Shown piece after piece: positions 12,280 to 26,979 of a stretch of 64,000 nt of DNA. The DNA lies in NCBI GenBank assembly GCA_021613535.1, contig CP075494.1, positions 13,020,001-13,084,000 of the forward strand. The letters are read 5' to 3'. The stretch comes from Adineta vaga. Lineage: Eukaryota > Animalia > Rotifera. Each line of letters begins with the position of its first letter. Within the stretch, counting starts at the first letter, position 1. The position numbers were made by a program, and so were the translations under genes. The notes below the pieces were generated by a model. It saw nothing but the letters and a program-made list of their open reading frames with translations, was not told the origin of the DNA and ran no database searches.

Positions 12280-15200
12280 TTAATTCTGATCTTGAGAAGC
12301 GGCACCACCATTAGTTTGACTATCACACGAAGTATATGGAGGCGGTGTTGGATTTGTCTGAAATAGATTTGCTTGTGGCCAACGTTTATGACATTCATTA
12401 CGATATTTCTCTAAGATAGAATTATCAATTGAACCATAATCACCAGATTGCATACTTTCATATATACGAGAACATATCTGTAACGAGAAAAGAAAGAATA
12501 GGAAAAAATAGGTTTTAAATAGTACAAACTTTTAAATTTTGATCAGTAAAATTAGAATCGAATGTTGTCAGCAATTCAATTGCTTTGACATTGTTGGTTG
12601 GATTAATTAGAAGTATTACTTTAGCAGCTAAAGTCAAATGAAAATATCTTTCTTAAAACGTGCATAAAGAAAAGTGGATACATTTACCTTCAGCACGATG
12701 GGTTAATGAATTGAAATTTTTCTTTAAGAACTCGGCATTTAGGTCGTCGATTTTTTTCACAGAATCGCCTTGTTTAACATTAAAACCTTTTAATTCATCA
12801 TCAATAATTGTGCGAAGTCGTTCATCCGTAATTGGTTCATTTTCCACTGAAATATATATTTAACAATTAATTATAGAATGAAGTAAAGACAATTATTCTT
12901 ACTTAATTTCAGAAATTTCATTAAACATGAATGAAATTTTGCATTATTTGAATCTAATTTTTTCATTCGATTCAAACAACGTAACATTAATAGAAATTTT
13001 TCTAAAATTCAAATCTGAAAATTTCTCATCATTGATCTATTAAACATACTTCGTCGATAATAAACTTCAAAACCAAGATAATGTGTTTCAAGAAAATTCG
13101 CCGAGAAATCTTCAAGTGGTTGCAAGAAACGCATAGCTTCTTCTAATGGTTTGTCGGACTAAATAAGAAGAGAAATTGAACATCAATGAGAAGAATCTAT
13201 TTGACATACACGTTCAAGTCTTTCTGGAACAAGGTCATCTTCTTTCACTTTTTCTTCTTCTGCATCATCTTTATTTCGACTACGTTGAAATTCTTTTTTC
13301 TTTCGTTCAGCATCGATTAATTTTTGTTTTTCTTGTTGTTCTCGAAGTTGTTGTTTACGTTGTTTGTTCTTCAATTTCTTCGCTTCAGATGCTGACATAT
13401 TAGCTAAACAAAAAGAAAAGAAAACCATTCAACATTTCCTATAAATTATTCTTCTTACCGAGATTTTCATCTTTATCATCATCATGATCCGAAAGAGGAT
13501 GATCATACAAACGAATATAAATCTAAAGAAATGAATACTTTTTAATTAAAATCTTTAAATGATAGACATTGACTTACTTCAACAGCGATTTGTGCTGATT
13601 GTCGAAAAAATCGATGTCCTTTCATATGATCTTCAAGATTGAGCATATCAACATAAGCACATAGCACCATTTTACGAAGACAATAGGAATGAAAATCAAA
13701 TTGATCTTCAATAAATTCTTGAAAATGCTGTAAAAATAAACATTCAATCAATTGTACGAATATTTTTTTGCATATGAAAAAAAAAAAAATCTTACACGAT
13801 CAATTTCATGACATTTTTTCAATGCATCACCATATTTTTTCAAGCGACGATAAGCTCTTGCTGTTTCTAATTCAAACCACATACATTGCATTTCACGTAA
13901 ATAATCACCAGGTGATGAATTTTCCTTTGAAAAAAAAAAACCCCCGATAATTTAGTTAAATTGAGAATTGAAATAATGATGTAAACTTACTCGTGTAAAT
14001 TTTCCAGCTATTTCCAAAGCAGTATTTATTTGATTAGCACGTAAGAAATATTTCGTACATTTACAATTCACAAATCTATCAGCAGTATCTAATGATTGAG
14101 CTTCATCCATCAATGAAGCAGCCGTTTGAAAGTCACCAGCATGCTAATGAAAATATATCCAATATGAATGAAAATTTCTCGAATGTATCGTCAATCAAAC
14201 CTTGCATATTTTTGCTTTGAACATATATAGTTCAACTAGTGTCGGTGTATCACGAATAGCTTGATCAATAAATTCAAATGCTTTATCTGTTTGATTTAAA
14301 TAATCATAATGTTGAGAAAGATAATACTGTAGCCAAAGAATTGTTGATGCAGGTTCAACTTCATCCGTTTCTGCAAATCACGTATTGATTACATCTTATT
14401 CAAAGTCTTCAATCATACCTGTCGTGACGTCAAATGTTCCATATTTAGTTAGATTAGCGAGGTAAGTTTTTAAAAGTGTGTCAATAATTTGAATCTAGAA
14501 ATCATAACATCAAAATCAGTTTTAGTTCACTTGAAAAGATAATAACAAACTTTTTCCGTTTGTGAATATAGATATTTCACCGATTGAAATAGAGATGGAA
14601 CACCTTTTTGAAATCCTTTTTGTAAATATGAACCAATTGATTTCGAAAATGGTTCACCTGAAAAGAATGAATTCTATGCATTCAACTTGATTGTACAGAT
14701 AATTACCGATTAGAAATTGTAAACATATTTGTTTCGGTGCATCAGCTTTAGGATATTTTTCCATTAAATTTTCATATAATTTCGATTTTTCTTCACTATT
14801 CGTTAAATTTAAACATTTTTCTAACATATAATAATATTTCTTATTCTCCGGATTTCGTTCAATTAAATCTCTGAGAATTGTTTCTGCACGATCATATGTA
14901 TTCAAACGCATGTATAAATCATATTTGATTTCAGCTAAGGACAATTTATTATAGATATCTTTTTCATGAATCTGAATATGACGTAAAGCTTCTTCATATT
15001 GACCATTTTCACGTAGAACAAGATTTTGATATAATAAAAATTCTGAATGTTCATTATCGTATGGTTTATCAGGTGCTGGTGCTGGACGATCTTGTTGAGT
15101 TTTACGAAATTCTTCGAGTACACTTTGTGCCATATCAAAATCGCCTAGTAAATGATAAGACATAGCAAAACCGATCCATGATTGACGTTGACCAGGTTTT

Positions 15201-15880
15201 AAAATAAACAATTGATGTCGTGTTTCCTACACAAAGAATTCTTTACATTACTTTTGTTGTTTAACAAGAAAATCAATTCTTACTTTATAACCTTCTAAAT
15301 CACGCATTTGAATTTGTAATAGTGATAAATCACGAAGAATAGTTAAGCTATCCTTTAGAAAACAAAAGAAAATTCAATTGTTAGACAATTCATTTGTGTT
15401 TACTTTTTCACATTGTAATGCTTTTTTATAAGCTTTAATTGCTTCATCATATTTACGTTCAGATCTTTGATATAAACCGTAGACATGCCAAACTATATGA
15501 CTTGCCATATTATTTTTAATACCACTACGAATACTTTCTAGAGCTTCATCTTTTTTACCCATCGAATTAAGAATTAATCCTTTCATAGCCAATGTTTCTA
15601 GAAAATACATTTTTATTCTATATCAATTCTTGATTAAGTTAATTGTACATACCACCATGATTCGGACATTTCTTTAGAATTTCACGAGTAGCTGTTAAAC
15701 CTTTTTTATACTGTTTTTGTTCATAAAATCGCTAAATATTATAAATGGGAATGTATGAAATGATTTTAGATCAAAATTTCCTTTTTAACATACCACAACT
15801 TTTTTAAATAAAGTATTTTCTCGTGAAAGTAACTGTTGACTGGAAGATTGAGTTGTTGTTGTTGATGGTGGTGGTGGCAT
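12280..15880 (-). CDS. NAA15: NatA auxiliary subunit NAA15/16 (multi-exon)
   Basis: [84 protein letters not shown]; ends AASQDQN*. Confidence 0.95.
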
Positions 15881-17029
15881 GATTGCCTAAGCTGGAAAAA
15901 CGAAATTTCATGATCGAAATAAGAAGATATTATTGTTAGTATTATTACATACTTTTTGATTTTTTGAAAAGTTCAGTTGAAAAAGAGAATAGATAGGGAT
16001 TCAGAGAAGAAAAACTGAAATCCTGAAATGAAAGAACAAGTAAATAAATAAACAGCTAAAACTAAAAGAAAAGGAAAGGAGGTCGACATTGAAACATCCA
16101 ATTATGTCCATTATTTATCAGTAAGAGACATTCAATACAATTTATTAGTTCAATACGCACCATTCATGTACTACAGTAAAAAATTTCAAATTGTTAGTTA
16201 CCGCCATCTATGTTTCACGCTTACAACAAGACTTATTTATGATAATGATGCATAGAATTTGAACAGAATGAAGAATTAAATCGTGACGAATTTATTGCCT
16301 TAAAACATCCGAAACAAAAAGATGAACGAGATCGACGACATGGACGTTTCAAATATATTTTTGGCGATGGAACTGTACAAGTTAGTGAAACAATTACTGG
16401 ATGTAAGAAAGAAAAACTACATGTTCCGAAAATCAAGAATACAATTTACGTTGGTTAGATTCATTTGAGAAAAGATCAAGTATTTTGATATAATAATCTT
16501 TTTCTTTGAAATATACTTCGCTTCATGAACATAAACAACACCTAAAATTAATTAACAAACTGCAGTTACATCCTTCGAAATTCTCATGAGTGAATATCAA
16601 TAGAACGAAAATATATATATATATATGCTGAATTTGTTCACTTTATAATCATTATCTTCTTTTTGTACACAAACAAAAGAAAAAAAAACTATACAAGAAC
16701 AAGAAAAGAAAGAAGAAAAAGCAGAGAATAAGAAGAGCACACAAGATTTGTATTAGCATGCATTATTACATGTTGTGTGTTGTTGTAGTATTTGTTTTTT
16801 TTTATTTGAAAGAGAAAATCTATTGTTCATTGAGAACAATAACAAATAGCAAAGCACATGAAGAAAAAAGAGTAGAAACCGGTCAATTTGTACATTAGAA
16901 CGTACAGAATAATAAAGTTTGATCGAAACAAAAGAAAAGAAGAAAGAGTAAAACACACGCGACTTGTTTTTTAAGATAACGAACAAAAATAAATGTGTAT
17001 AGAAGTAGTATGAAGCCGAAAGAATGAAA

Positions 17030-17069
17030 GAGAAGAAGAAGAAGAAGAAGAAGTAGTAGTAGTAGTAGA
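17030..17069. repeat. Compound microsatellite (GAA)n(GTA)n
   Basis: agaagaagaagaagaagaagaagtagtagtagtagtag downstream of the PHACTR stop. Confidence 0.9.
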
Positions 17070-17187
17070 TAACACACATAGATATATGTGAATCACAGTG
17101 GAAAAGAAACTTCTTTTTTCGAATATCTTCTTTTCTCTTTTTTTTCGCCTCAAAAGCATACAGAGATCAAATAACAAGAAATTTGTA

Positions 17188-20100
17188 TTAGGGAGGATGA
17201 AAACGTGTGTATTTTGCACTTTCAGGATGAATTTCCATTTCCGAACTTTTATATTCATTAAGTTCTCTTCGAATTAATTGTTTATCACGTGGTGTTAAAC
17301 GCGTCCATGGTTTATCAGCACGTCGATCAACATCATCACATTCGGATACTTCAATATAATCACAAAAACGTATAATTTTTCGATCACGAAGTTCTATTCA
17401 AAGAAAAACAAATTAATTCAATTCATCTCACAAATAAAAATCATCTGATATCTTACCTTGAATACTCGGTCGAAAACTAAGTTTTCGTATTAAATAACGT
17501 TTTTTCTCTTCTTTTTCAGCAATTAATTCAGCTTGTGTTTTGGCACGTAGAATATTTCGTGCTTCTAATTCTTCTGGTCTTGGTCGCAATGATAATTTAC
17601 GTTCTAACTTTGTTTCAATAGTTTCACGTTCATTTTTACGTTCATCTAATGGTTTAACAAGTATATGTTTATCGAATAATTCACCTGGTAAAGGACGATC
17701 TTTGAGAAAACGTGCTAATGAATCATTACGTTTAACGTTAGCAAAACGTTTTGATGGTTCATTATTTTCTTCGTCATCATCTGATGATGAATCCTCATCA
17801 GAATTCATATTTTGTTCATTATTTACTATTGTTGAAGTTGGAGTATTTTGCACAACAGATTTTAATTTTGGACTTGGACGTGGAGATGGACGTTGATGTT
17901 CACGAAGAACAGGTATAACACGTCGTTTCACACCATTTGGTTTTTTCAATGCACTTTTTTCTGGTTGTCGTGATAGGTCAGGTTCTTTAGCAAGAATTTC
18001 TTCATATCTAGTAGTATCAATATCTTGAATAATACTTTGTTTCGTTGTTTGAAGAGTTGATGTTGATGAAGAATTCGTCGATGGAGATGATGATGATGTC
18101 GCATTCGGAATTGGTTTTTCATTCGAATTTCTTGGTACAGATTTCGGAGAAGATGAATTTGTTGTATTATTCACAGGTGAATTCCGAGATTGAAATTTCT
18201 CTTTTAACAATGCAGTTGATGAAGCAATGTTCGCATAGATCGCAGTATTATCATTGGTTGTATCATTAATAGGTTTAAACTGATTCGATGTTAATCGATC
18301 AGAGAACATTATATGACGTTCTTCGTTGGTATTGGTTGATACTGGAGGAGAAAATGAATTTGCAGGAACAGGAGGTGATGGATTGTTGTTGAAATAATTG
18401 GAACGAATTGGTGTAAGACGATTTATATCTGGCTTAGGAGCAACTAGAAAGAAAATAATTGATTGATGTGCATAGAATTTCTTTTTAAGATTGAAAAGTC
18501 TTACCTGGTGGTGGAATTCTAGGAAGATTAGATGATGATGTTGTTGCAATAGGCATTTTACTATTATTCGTGTCTATTGTTGTTGTTGTTGTTGTTGACA
18601 TAGCAAGAGGTGCTGGTGCTTTGATATGTTCTGAAAACTGTACTGGTAACATTCGATTTATCGGTAATGTTCCAGTGGATCGAGATGCTGAATCCGTTGT
18701 TGTATTGGGTATAGAAGGAGAATTTGCCCATGGTGATTGAATATAACCTTGAATATTAGTTGATGGTCGATCAAAATCGACTGTTGTACTAGCAGTCTGA
18801 TTTGATCGTGGCGATGAAGGAGTAATTTGTTCAGTAACAATAATTCGTTGTGGTGATGTATGATTTGTAATTGAATCAACTGATAATGAACGTGTGGTTG
18901 TCGATGGATGAACTTGTGGTAGATCATTATCGGTTGTCATAGAACGAGATGTAGACGATTGCGTTGGAGGTGGTGTTGAAGAATTTGTTGATGGATGGGT
19001 GCCCGATGATGATAGTTTCCTTTTTGTACGCCATGATGAAAAACCTTGACGTATCATTTTTTGTATAGAAAATTTTCCATTACTATTATTAATGCGTTTA
19101 GTTGGTTCATTTGAATTACTCATCGTATCATTATCTGATGGAGTTAAATAATTAGTTCCATTTTCTGTTGATATAACATCTTTTTTCGATGATGTCGAAG
19201 TATTTTGATAGTGATTTTTTGACATTGTTGATGAGTCTGAATTTGCTTGTGATGGATATTTTCTTGATGAATAATCGTATGAGTTACTTGGTAGATTTGG
19301 AGTATGATGATGGTGATGATTGTTATTATTATTATTATTATTATTAATATTTGGTGAATTTATAATTTCAACATTTTGATATGTTGCCATAGGTGAAACT
19401 ACATCCTTTTAATGAAAGAAACGAAAAAGAAAATGAAATCGAATTGAAGTATTTATTTATTATTTGATCATTGCAATTCTTTACTCTTATCGTTCTTATC
19501 AATGAAAAGACGAAAGAAGAAAAAAAAAGAGAACTATCGAATAGCTGAAGTGAACCATGTCTACCAAGGTTGAAAAAGCATTTGGTAAATTCATGTTATA
19601 TGCATGTTTATACGATGTGACATATATGGTTATGAGTAGAGAAAGAGAGAAAGAGAAATATCAATAAGTTTGGTTACAGATTTTTCAATATAATAATAAA
19701 TCAATTAGTAGCATACCTTATCATTAGAAGAATAGTTTTCTTTATCGAAATTTCGTTCTCGAGAATGAATAATACCCATTCTCAATGAAAAGAATTACTG
19801 CTAACGATTTCAATATTCTTCCTGCGTGTCTCTATCAAAATGATAGTTTCTTTCTTATCTTTTCTTTCGCATTTTAAATTAATACAGAGTTTTTTTTTTC
19901 GTTTGCTGTCTGGCCAAGCGAATGAATATGTATCTACGTAATCATGAGTGAAGGTCATCCCGCCTACGCACATCGCGTTTGCTCTCTCTCTCTCTCTTCT
20001 GTTATATCTAGATACATCGATACAAAAACAAAATAACAATTTGGCCTTTTTTAACCTGATTACTCGTTTGTTTACTTATCAAATGTATATGTCAATCCAT

Positions 20101-21460
20101 CTATATGTAGATCAATAAAACGAACTCATGATTTCTACACACCTTAAAAGAAATATTTTGTTAATAAAACTATGTGGTATCTTGTCTAAGAAGAAAGACT
20201 AATGATAAATTAATCAACAAGGAAAAGAAAATATGCTAAGTGAAAATTGATGTATAATTCAACGAAAAATAAACGAGACATGTATAGACAAGAGCTTACC
20301 AATATAGAAAGACGAGGCGGGAGACAGGAGAGAATTTTTTTTATTGATAAATCCCAAAACAATCAGTTGTAGAAATGAATACAGTGTTGAGACGACTATG
20401 AAAACAAGAGAAACAATGTCGCAATGTCAATATATGTATCTGTATAGATAGATAGATATATACACTTCTTTTCTCTGATATGTATGAATGAGTTATTATT
20501 AGTTGTAATAGTAATGTTGCAAAAATATATTCATAGAGAAGAAAGAAAACACGTCAAGTATCAAGATAGAATCAACGAAGAAAAATATATATCTTTTATA
20601 AGGAAGAAATATTGCAATAAATGAGTAACATTCTTTTCTACATAGATGCAGCTGACGCATAGAACATAGAAAAAAAGAAACGCATATTCGCCACAGCTTT
20701 TATCTGCTCGAAAATATTCTTTAGAAGTAATAAATACTTCTCTACATATATGTGGATTGGCATAGCGGATAAAACGAAGAGAGAAAGAGAGCGAGCGAGC
20801 GAGTGAAGGAAAGAATGTTTTGTTGTGCATATAGAACTCAAATTACATAGATTGAGAAGATGAGAACGAAAGAAATTCAGCTGACTTCTTTTCCTATACA
20901 AATGATTATGCGATTAGAAAACCGAGTGATCTTTCAGCATAACTTACACCGGTATCATCGAAAGTATAATTGAAAATATCAATATAATCATCGATATTGT
21001 CATTCTCTTTCTCATCATTATAAATCGGTTTTATACGACCATTATATTCTTCATAGTTTCGATAATAATAGTCATCACCAACACTACGTGAAAGATAATG
21101 TCGCTGAGAATGACGTGGTTTCGTTCTTAATTCGATACAACGATTCAATTTTGTATATTGAAAAGGCAACGTTTTTTTATTAACTGGCGTATGACGATAG
21201 ATACCATACGAACTTGCAACGTATGGTAAATGAATATTATTGTATGATCGTTTTACTGCACTTGCATATGGTAAATATGGCGAATGGATAATTCGATCTG
21301 TTGTTATGTATGTATTCAAACGATCTTTAATTGGTTGAACATATTTTGCTCGATATTTACTTTCATGAAAACGTTTTGAGGGAATGAATCCTGCTACCGC
21401 TACTGATGATTGTTTCGATGTCATTGGACGTCCATGTTGCCAAAAGATTTCGTTCATCAT
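17188..21460 (-). CDS. PHACTR: Phosphatase and actin regulator (RPEL-repeat, PP1-binding); 5' exon assignment tentative
   Basis: RPEL motifs [42 protein letters not shown]; C-terminus [41 protein letters not shown]. The 21460-20948 exon joins in phase 0 (GGT|GTAAGT) to the acceptor at 19405. Confidence 0.85.
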
Positions 21461-22678
21461 TTCTTTTTGTTCAGTTGTCTTTCGTGTGTAAAATCAATAT
21501 AATGAAACACTTATGATTACTCATAGAGCATCAAGTAAAAAAAAGTAACAAGTATTCGACAAGCGACAACATTACAAATGAGATTTTTCCTTCAATTTCA
21601 ATCGTCTCATTTTCTTTCTCTCTCTCCCTCTCTCTCATCTTTCATTTACAAGTATAGAAATGCAGTTGAAGCAAAAAGAAAACGAAAATGAAGGTTAAAA
21701 CTGAAATCATACAACATGAAGGCGTATCAATTGGATGATGATGATGATGAGAGTAAAACGAAAAAAAAAATTAAATATATTTCGAACGGTTAGTTGCTAA
21801 ACAAATCATTCAAGAGAACAAAAAAGGTCAAGGTATATACATACGTGTGCGTACGTTTATTTTTTAAAATAAGAAAAACATTTTCTTTACTTACCAATTG
21901 ATCAAACAGTTGACGAACATTTCGAAGTTTTCAGAAGTATGATAAACATCTAAAAGAAAAAATCATTTCGAATAGTTTTAATTTAGTGTGAATGAAATCA
22001 AAAGAAAAAGAACAATCAATTATAAACAATTGAAATATCAAAAAGAGAAACATTAGAAGATGTTACTAATAGGAGTGATGATACGATACACTATGTTATC
22101 ACTTTCGTAAAACAGAACAATCGAATCAATTTTTTCTTAATGAAAATTATAATCAAAGTAGATGTTTGTTTGTCGGTATAAACTATTCTTACATTGTCTT
22201 GATTTGGTAACAAATGGAAATGTAGTATGATTATATTACGTTTCTTTTGTTTCGCGTACTTTTCATCAAAAACATTGTTTCGTCTTCTAATGAATCATTA
22301 ACTGAATATAATCGACATCTGTTTGTTCGACAATAAAGCCAATCATTTATTGTTATCAACCAACGCCATCTATTTACATAGAATTTTCGTATTACTGATT
22401 AGAATCGAAAAGAAACATTGAAATTGCTTGAAAATGAGAACATCTTGAGAAAGTATTGGGGTTGTTTGGAAAAATTTGTAAAACATTGTTACCATGACAT
22501 TTGAGTAGTTTTTCAAGTTTGCTGTTAGTTGTATGTAATCGATTGTAAGTGAATTTGAAAAAACAAATAAATGTTCGAATAAAGTCATTCAGATGAAATG
22601 AAACATTCGTTTGTTTTTCACTCTCAACAAACAAGAACGTGAGATTATTAAGTGATTGTCAAAGAAAACAAAGTAATA

Positions 22679-24767
22679 ATGGCTAAACAACGTCAAGCTA
22701 AACCCTATGTGGATCGTTTTAATGAAAGTGTTACTGGTTGGCATCAACCCAATGATCTTGATCTTGTCCGAGCCAAACCAACGTATACACGTATTGGTAC
22801 ACCGCCAAAATTACGAACGTATGTTAAGTTTATGTCATTTGAAAAAGCGAGAGAGAAGAATGTATGATCATGTCATCTGTGATTTTAGTTTGGTAACTCC
22901 ACCTGGTACGGAAGCCTATCGAAATACTTATAATTTACGAAGATTCAATAGTCCATTACCAACTCTTGATGATTTGCAGTAAATTTTTGATGACAAGAAC
23001 GATGCAAACTTACTTTTAATGAATCCATTTTTATTATTATTTAGAACTCCTCCAGTTCGACTTGATACCTGGGGACTTGAACCAGTCGATTATCGTTTAA
23101 ATCAAGATGTTCATTCATTTATTCGACAACCATCACCATTAAAAAATTATGGCCTTGCAAATAATAATCAAAAACAAAAAAAAGTAGCAAACACACATGT
23201 TTCTTTAAACATTTTTTTAAAGTAATTTCTCATTCTATTAGTCCTATATTGTCGTACCCCGTCTATCAACTCTCACTAGTCCACCTTTGAGTAACGATGG
23301 CATTGATAGTCGATTTTCTGTAACATCCAATCGAGCAGTAACAAGTCATATTGCTGATTCGCAATATAAATATTTAGAAAGAATTCAATCTTACTCACCT
23401 AACTATAAACATGTAAGTTATTGAAACGAATTTTCTTTCTTTTCTTTTCTTTTCTTCTTCTTTCATAAAACTGAAAGATTGACTAAAGATAAGAATAAGC
23501 AATGTAAATATTTATTCAGGAACCCTCCGATACAACTCATATCCGTAAAAATGAAGCATTTGCGAACCGTTTTATAGACGATTTTATTGATAAATGTATT
23601 GCTGATCAATTCGTACCAGATATTTTACTTGAAGTTTTAGGTGAACTTGATCGAGAAGTACGTTCCTTTATATACATATCTCATATTGATAATGGAAAAA
23701 AAAACATTCTTCTTATTTAAGCATAAGAAAACTCAAGACGCAAAAAATCCGAAATTTGAAGCGGATGATTATATTACTGAATTGAATAAACGTGTTGGTA
23801 TTAAAAGTGATAATACAAAGTAAGTTTGAATTGGACTTTCTGATCAATCAAATTTCATGTTTTTAGTTTATTTTCTGACGAGTGGATACGTGAATTGGAT
23901 TATCAACGTCCACAATTACCTTTAGCCGAAATCGACTCAAATCGACCATTACAAAAACGTTTAGAATTTCGAGATATTCTCTCTGAACAAACAGAAAAAC
24001 CATATAGTACTTATCGCGATATACGAGAACCCATGTTAACTGGTTTTGTTCGAGATGTTGTTGATTCCGAAGTGGAAAATATGACAACAGATTTAACACG
24101 TGAAACAGTAAATAATGCCGTAAGAATATTGAAGATTTCTTTATTCATTTAGGCAAGTTCTGTTTTGTTTTGTTTTTCATAAATAAATAGTTACGGAATG
24201 GCCGAGCTATGCACGAGATTTATCATGATATTGAATCGGAAACTGTTGGAGAACTATCGCGTGAAACTGTGCATGATACGACAAATACCGAAAAGAAATT
24301 TGTTAGTCAAGTTCAATTGAATTCAATTTCAAAATGTGCACAAAATAAATTATTAGATACTATCTTTCTCGATCAATTAATTGGCAAATATATTCGACAA
24401 AATGGTTCTGTTGTTGATGTTGATGATCTGTCTCGTTTCTTAGATGGTAAATTTCAATTTCAATATGTAGATAATCTTTATTTTCTGTGAATGATTTTCT
24501 ATTCTAGCTACAATACTTGATAATTTAATCTATCAATATCAAGATATAACTGAAAGTCGATCACGAACATTAGATAATTATGCTTTAAGAAAATTTCATT
24601 TGAATTCATTTATGAATATGGTAATAGAAAAGTGAAATGCTCATTTCATATAATTTTATTTTGTTTTACTTCATTTCTAGACAATGGATTTATTACTTAC
24701 TGAATTAAGTGCTAGTCTTATTGAAGATATGAAAGATTTAGATGAACAAGAACGTCGAATATTTTAA
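22679..24767 (+). CDS. Uncharacterised multi-exon protein
   Basis: ATG 22679 (MAKQRQAKPYVDRFNESVTGWHQPNDLDL...), chain of ORF pieces separated by short GT-AG introns, ending ...EDMKDLDEQERRIF*. No family recognised. Confidence 0.7.
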
Positions 24768-26142
24768 TTCGATAAGATATTTCATCACACCTATGAGATA
24801 GGACACACTGAATAATAGGACTTTTTCTTGCTTTTTTGTGATATATATTTACTATTGCTTATTGTATTTCTCTTTGATATTATTGATCAACACGTGCTCA
24901 TGTGTGGAGTTAGTTTTTTCTTTTCTATTAACAAATCTATTGAAAGCTTTTTTTGTGGATTTCTATTCTTCTTCACATCAATTTTTTTTACGAGAACAAA
25001 ATTCAATTTTTGCTTGCTATAATTCAGTGTTATTGCATGCTTGTATATTTATTGGATTGAAATAAACATCTGTATGATATTATAAAACACTTTTACGCTG
25101 TCAATAAAAGGAATATAATGTTCTTTAGCAAAGAACACACGTAATAGTGTCGCAGATGCTTCAATTCTTTTAAAAACTTGTTAAATATGAACTCATTTTG
25201 CTGTCACCTCTCATCCTATAATTTGTTCTGATTATCAAAATGATCTTGTCATTCTTAGTGTTGATGTAATTCAATACTATTTGATCAGGTGAACATCAGT
25301 GCTGGTGAGAATTGAATTAATTTATGACATTTGATACTATTTAAATGAAAGAGATATAGTTAAAAATAGAAAAGTTGAATCTTTGGATTGTGCAATGCGA
25401 GATTTCATCAAAATAAAAAAGATAAATGATCTATAAACTACAATTTTGTTTCGTTCTGAGTTGAACTGATAACATCTTTTCCGACCATCATCGAAGAAAT
25501 CCGATGTGGTAATAAGATAATTAGACTATTTATTTTCTTTTATGACGTTGTTGATAGTTTATTTAGTTTCATCAATATCCCCGAAGATAAGTATTCTGTT
25601 CATGATCTAACACTATCTTGGTTCAATGTCAACAAAATAGCATAAACTTTTCCTAAGAAACAAATTCATTCATACACGACTAATAAGATGTTCGTCGTTC
25701 TTTGAATTCATTTATATGACCGCATTCTTATACAACAAGTTAGTCATACGATTAATTACAATGTGTAATATAGTTGTGTGCGTGTTCATCCACTAAACAG
25801 ATGTGCATAATAAGTAGACCTTCGAGTATGCTATTGTTTTTCCTAAGCAAAAGAAGATGACTAGCAAAATATTTATATATTCATTCATGAAGAATTCGAT
25901 ATGATATAATATGAACTATATTCTGTATTGTTTTACTAATAGAATTCTTTTTATATTTAAGAAAACTGAATTGATGATTATTGAAATACACAATAAGAAC
26001 AAAAAAAACGACTTCTTCATTCTAATTGAATAACAGAAAATGCACACATTATTCAAGACCAAAAGCGGGAGTAAATTGAGAGAGAAAAATCGAGATATAT
26101 AACATTTATCACAGGATGTGTATTCTCTATTAGATCGTTTAT

Positions 26143-26979
26143 CTAAGTGGTTTGAAATTGAGCAAGACGAGTTTGAAAGGCAACTTTACGGCGAGCTTTA
26201 TCTTCTTCCAAACGACGTCGTTGTTCTTGTTCTTCACGAATCTCTCTTTGAAATTTATCTCCTTCTCGAATAGCAGCAACCTAAATTATAAAAATTGATT
26301 TCAATCATCAGCATGAATTTCAATACTTACTTTTGCTTCGAAGAAATTCTTTGCACCACCGACACCTTCTTTGGCTACATCAATTTCTACAAGCATCGAA
26401 TAAAGTTGTTGTAGAACAGATGCAATTGTAGATTTTTCATTTTCAATTTCACCAGTACTTGACATTGCTTTTCGAAAGATGAGCAAGAACTAAATAGAAT
26501 AGAAGATATAGAGTACACGATGATGGGTAGAAAAAGATCATATTTACTTCTCGAAACGAAATTTTGCCATCTTGATCTTCATCAACTTGTTTAATCATTT
26601 CTTTTAAACCTAAATGTGTTTGTGGCATACCAAGTTTTTCCATCATAATCTTTAATTCATTGAAATTAAGTGATTTATCTCTGTCTGTATCATATCTACA
26701 ACAAGAATGAAAATTTCTATCTTTATCCTCTTAAAATTCTTACTTTTCAAATGTTTGCATTAAACTTTGAATTTGTTTTCGTGAAAATTCTGTATATTCT
26801 GTATAAGGATTGAATACCGATGATCGTTGATATTCACAACTTGCTGATGAAGATGACAAAGGTGAATCAGGATCATCAGTTGTTCCTGTACCATTAATCG
26901 ATGATGTTTCCGATGATGATTCAGCTGATTCAATTCGACGTATTCGTCGACTAAGTTTTTGTGCTAAATCAGCATCCAT
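26143..26979 (-). CDS. EFHD2: EF-hand protein swiprosin/EFHD
   Basis: LAQKLSRR, FNPYTEYTEFSRKQI, MMEKLGMPQTHLGLKEMIKQVDEDQDGKISFRE, EIDVAKEGVGGAKNFFEAK; C-terminal coiled coil RKVAFQTRLAQFQTT*. Confidence 0.93.

Noticed and set aside
16753-17258. Hydrophobic F/Y/L-rich ORFs (also 11501-11777, 24828-25065, 27263-27812, 34003-34461)
   Set aside because: Translations of microsatellites and AT-rich UTR or intergenic DNA, with no coding signature.
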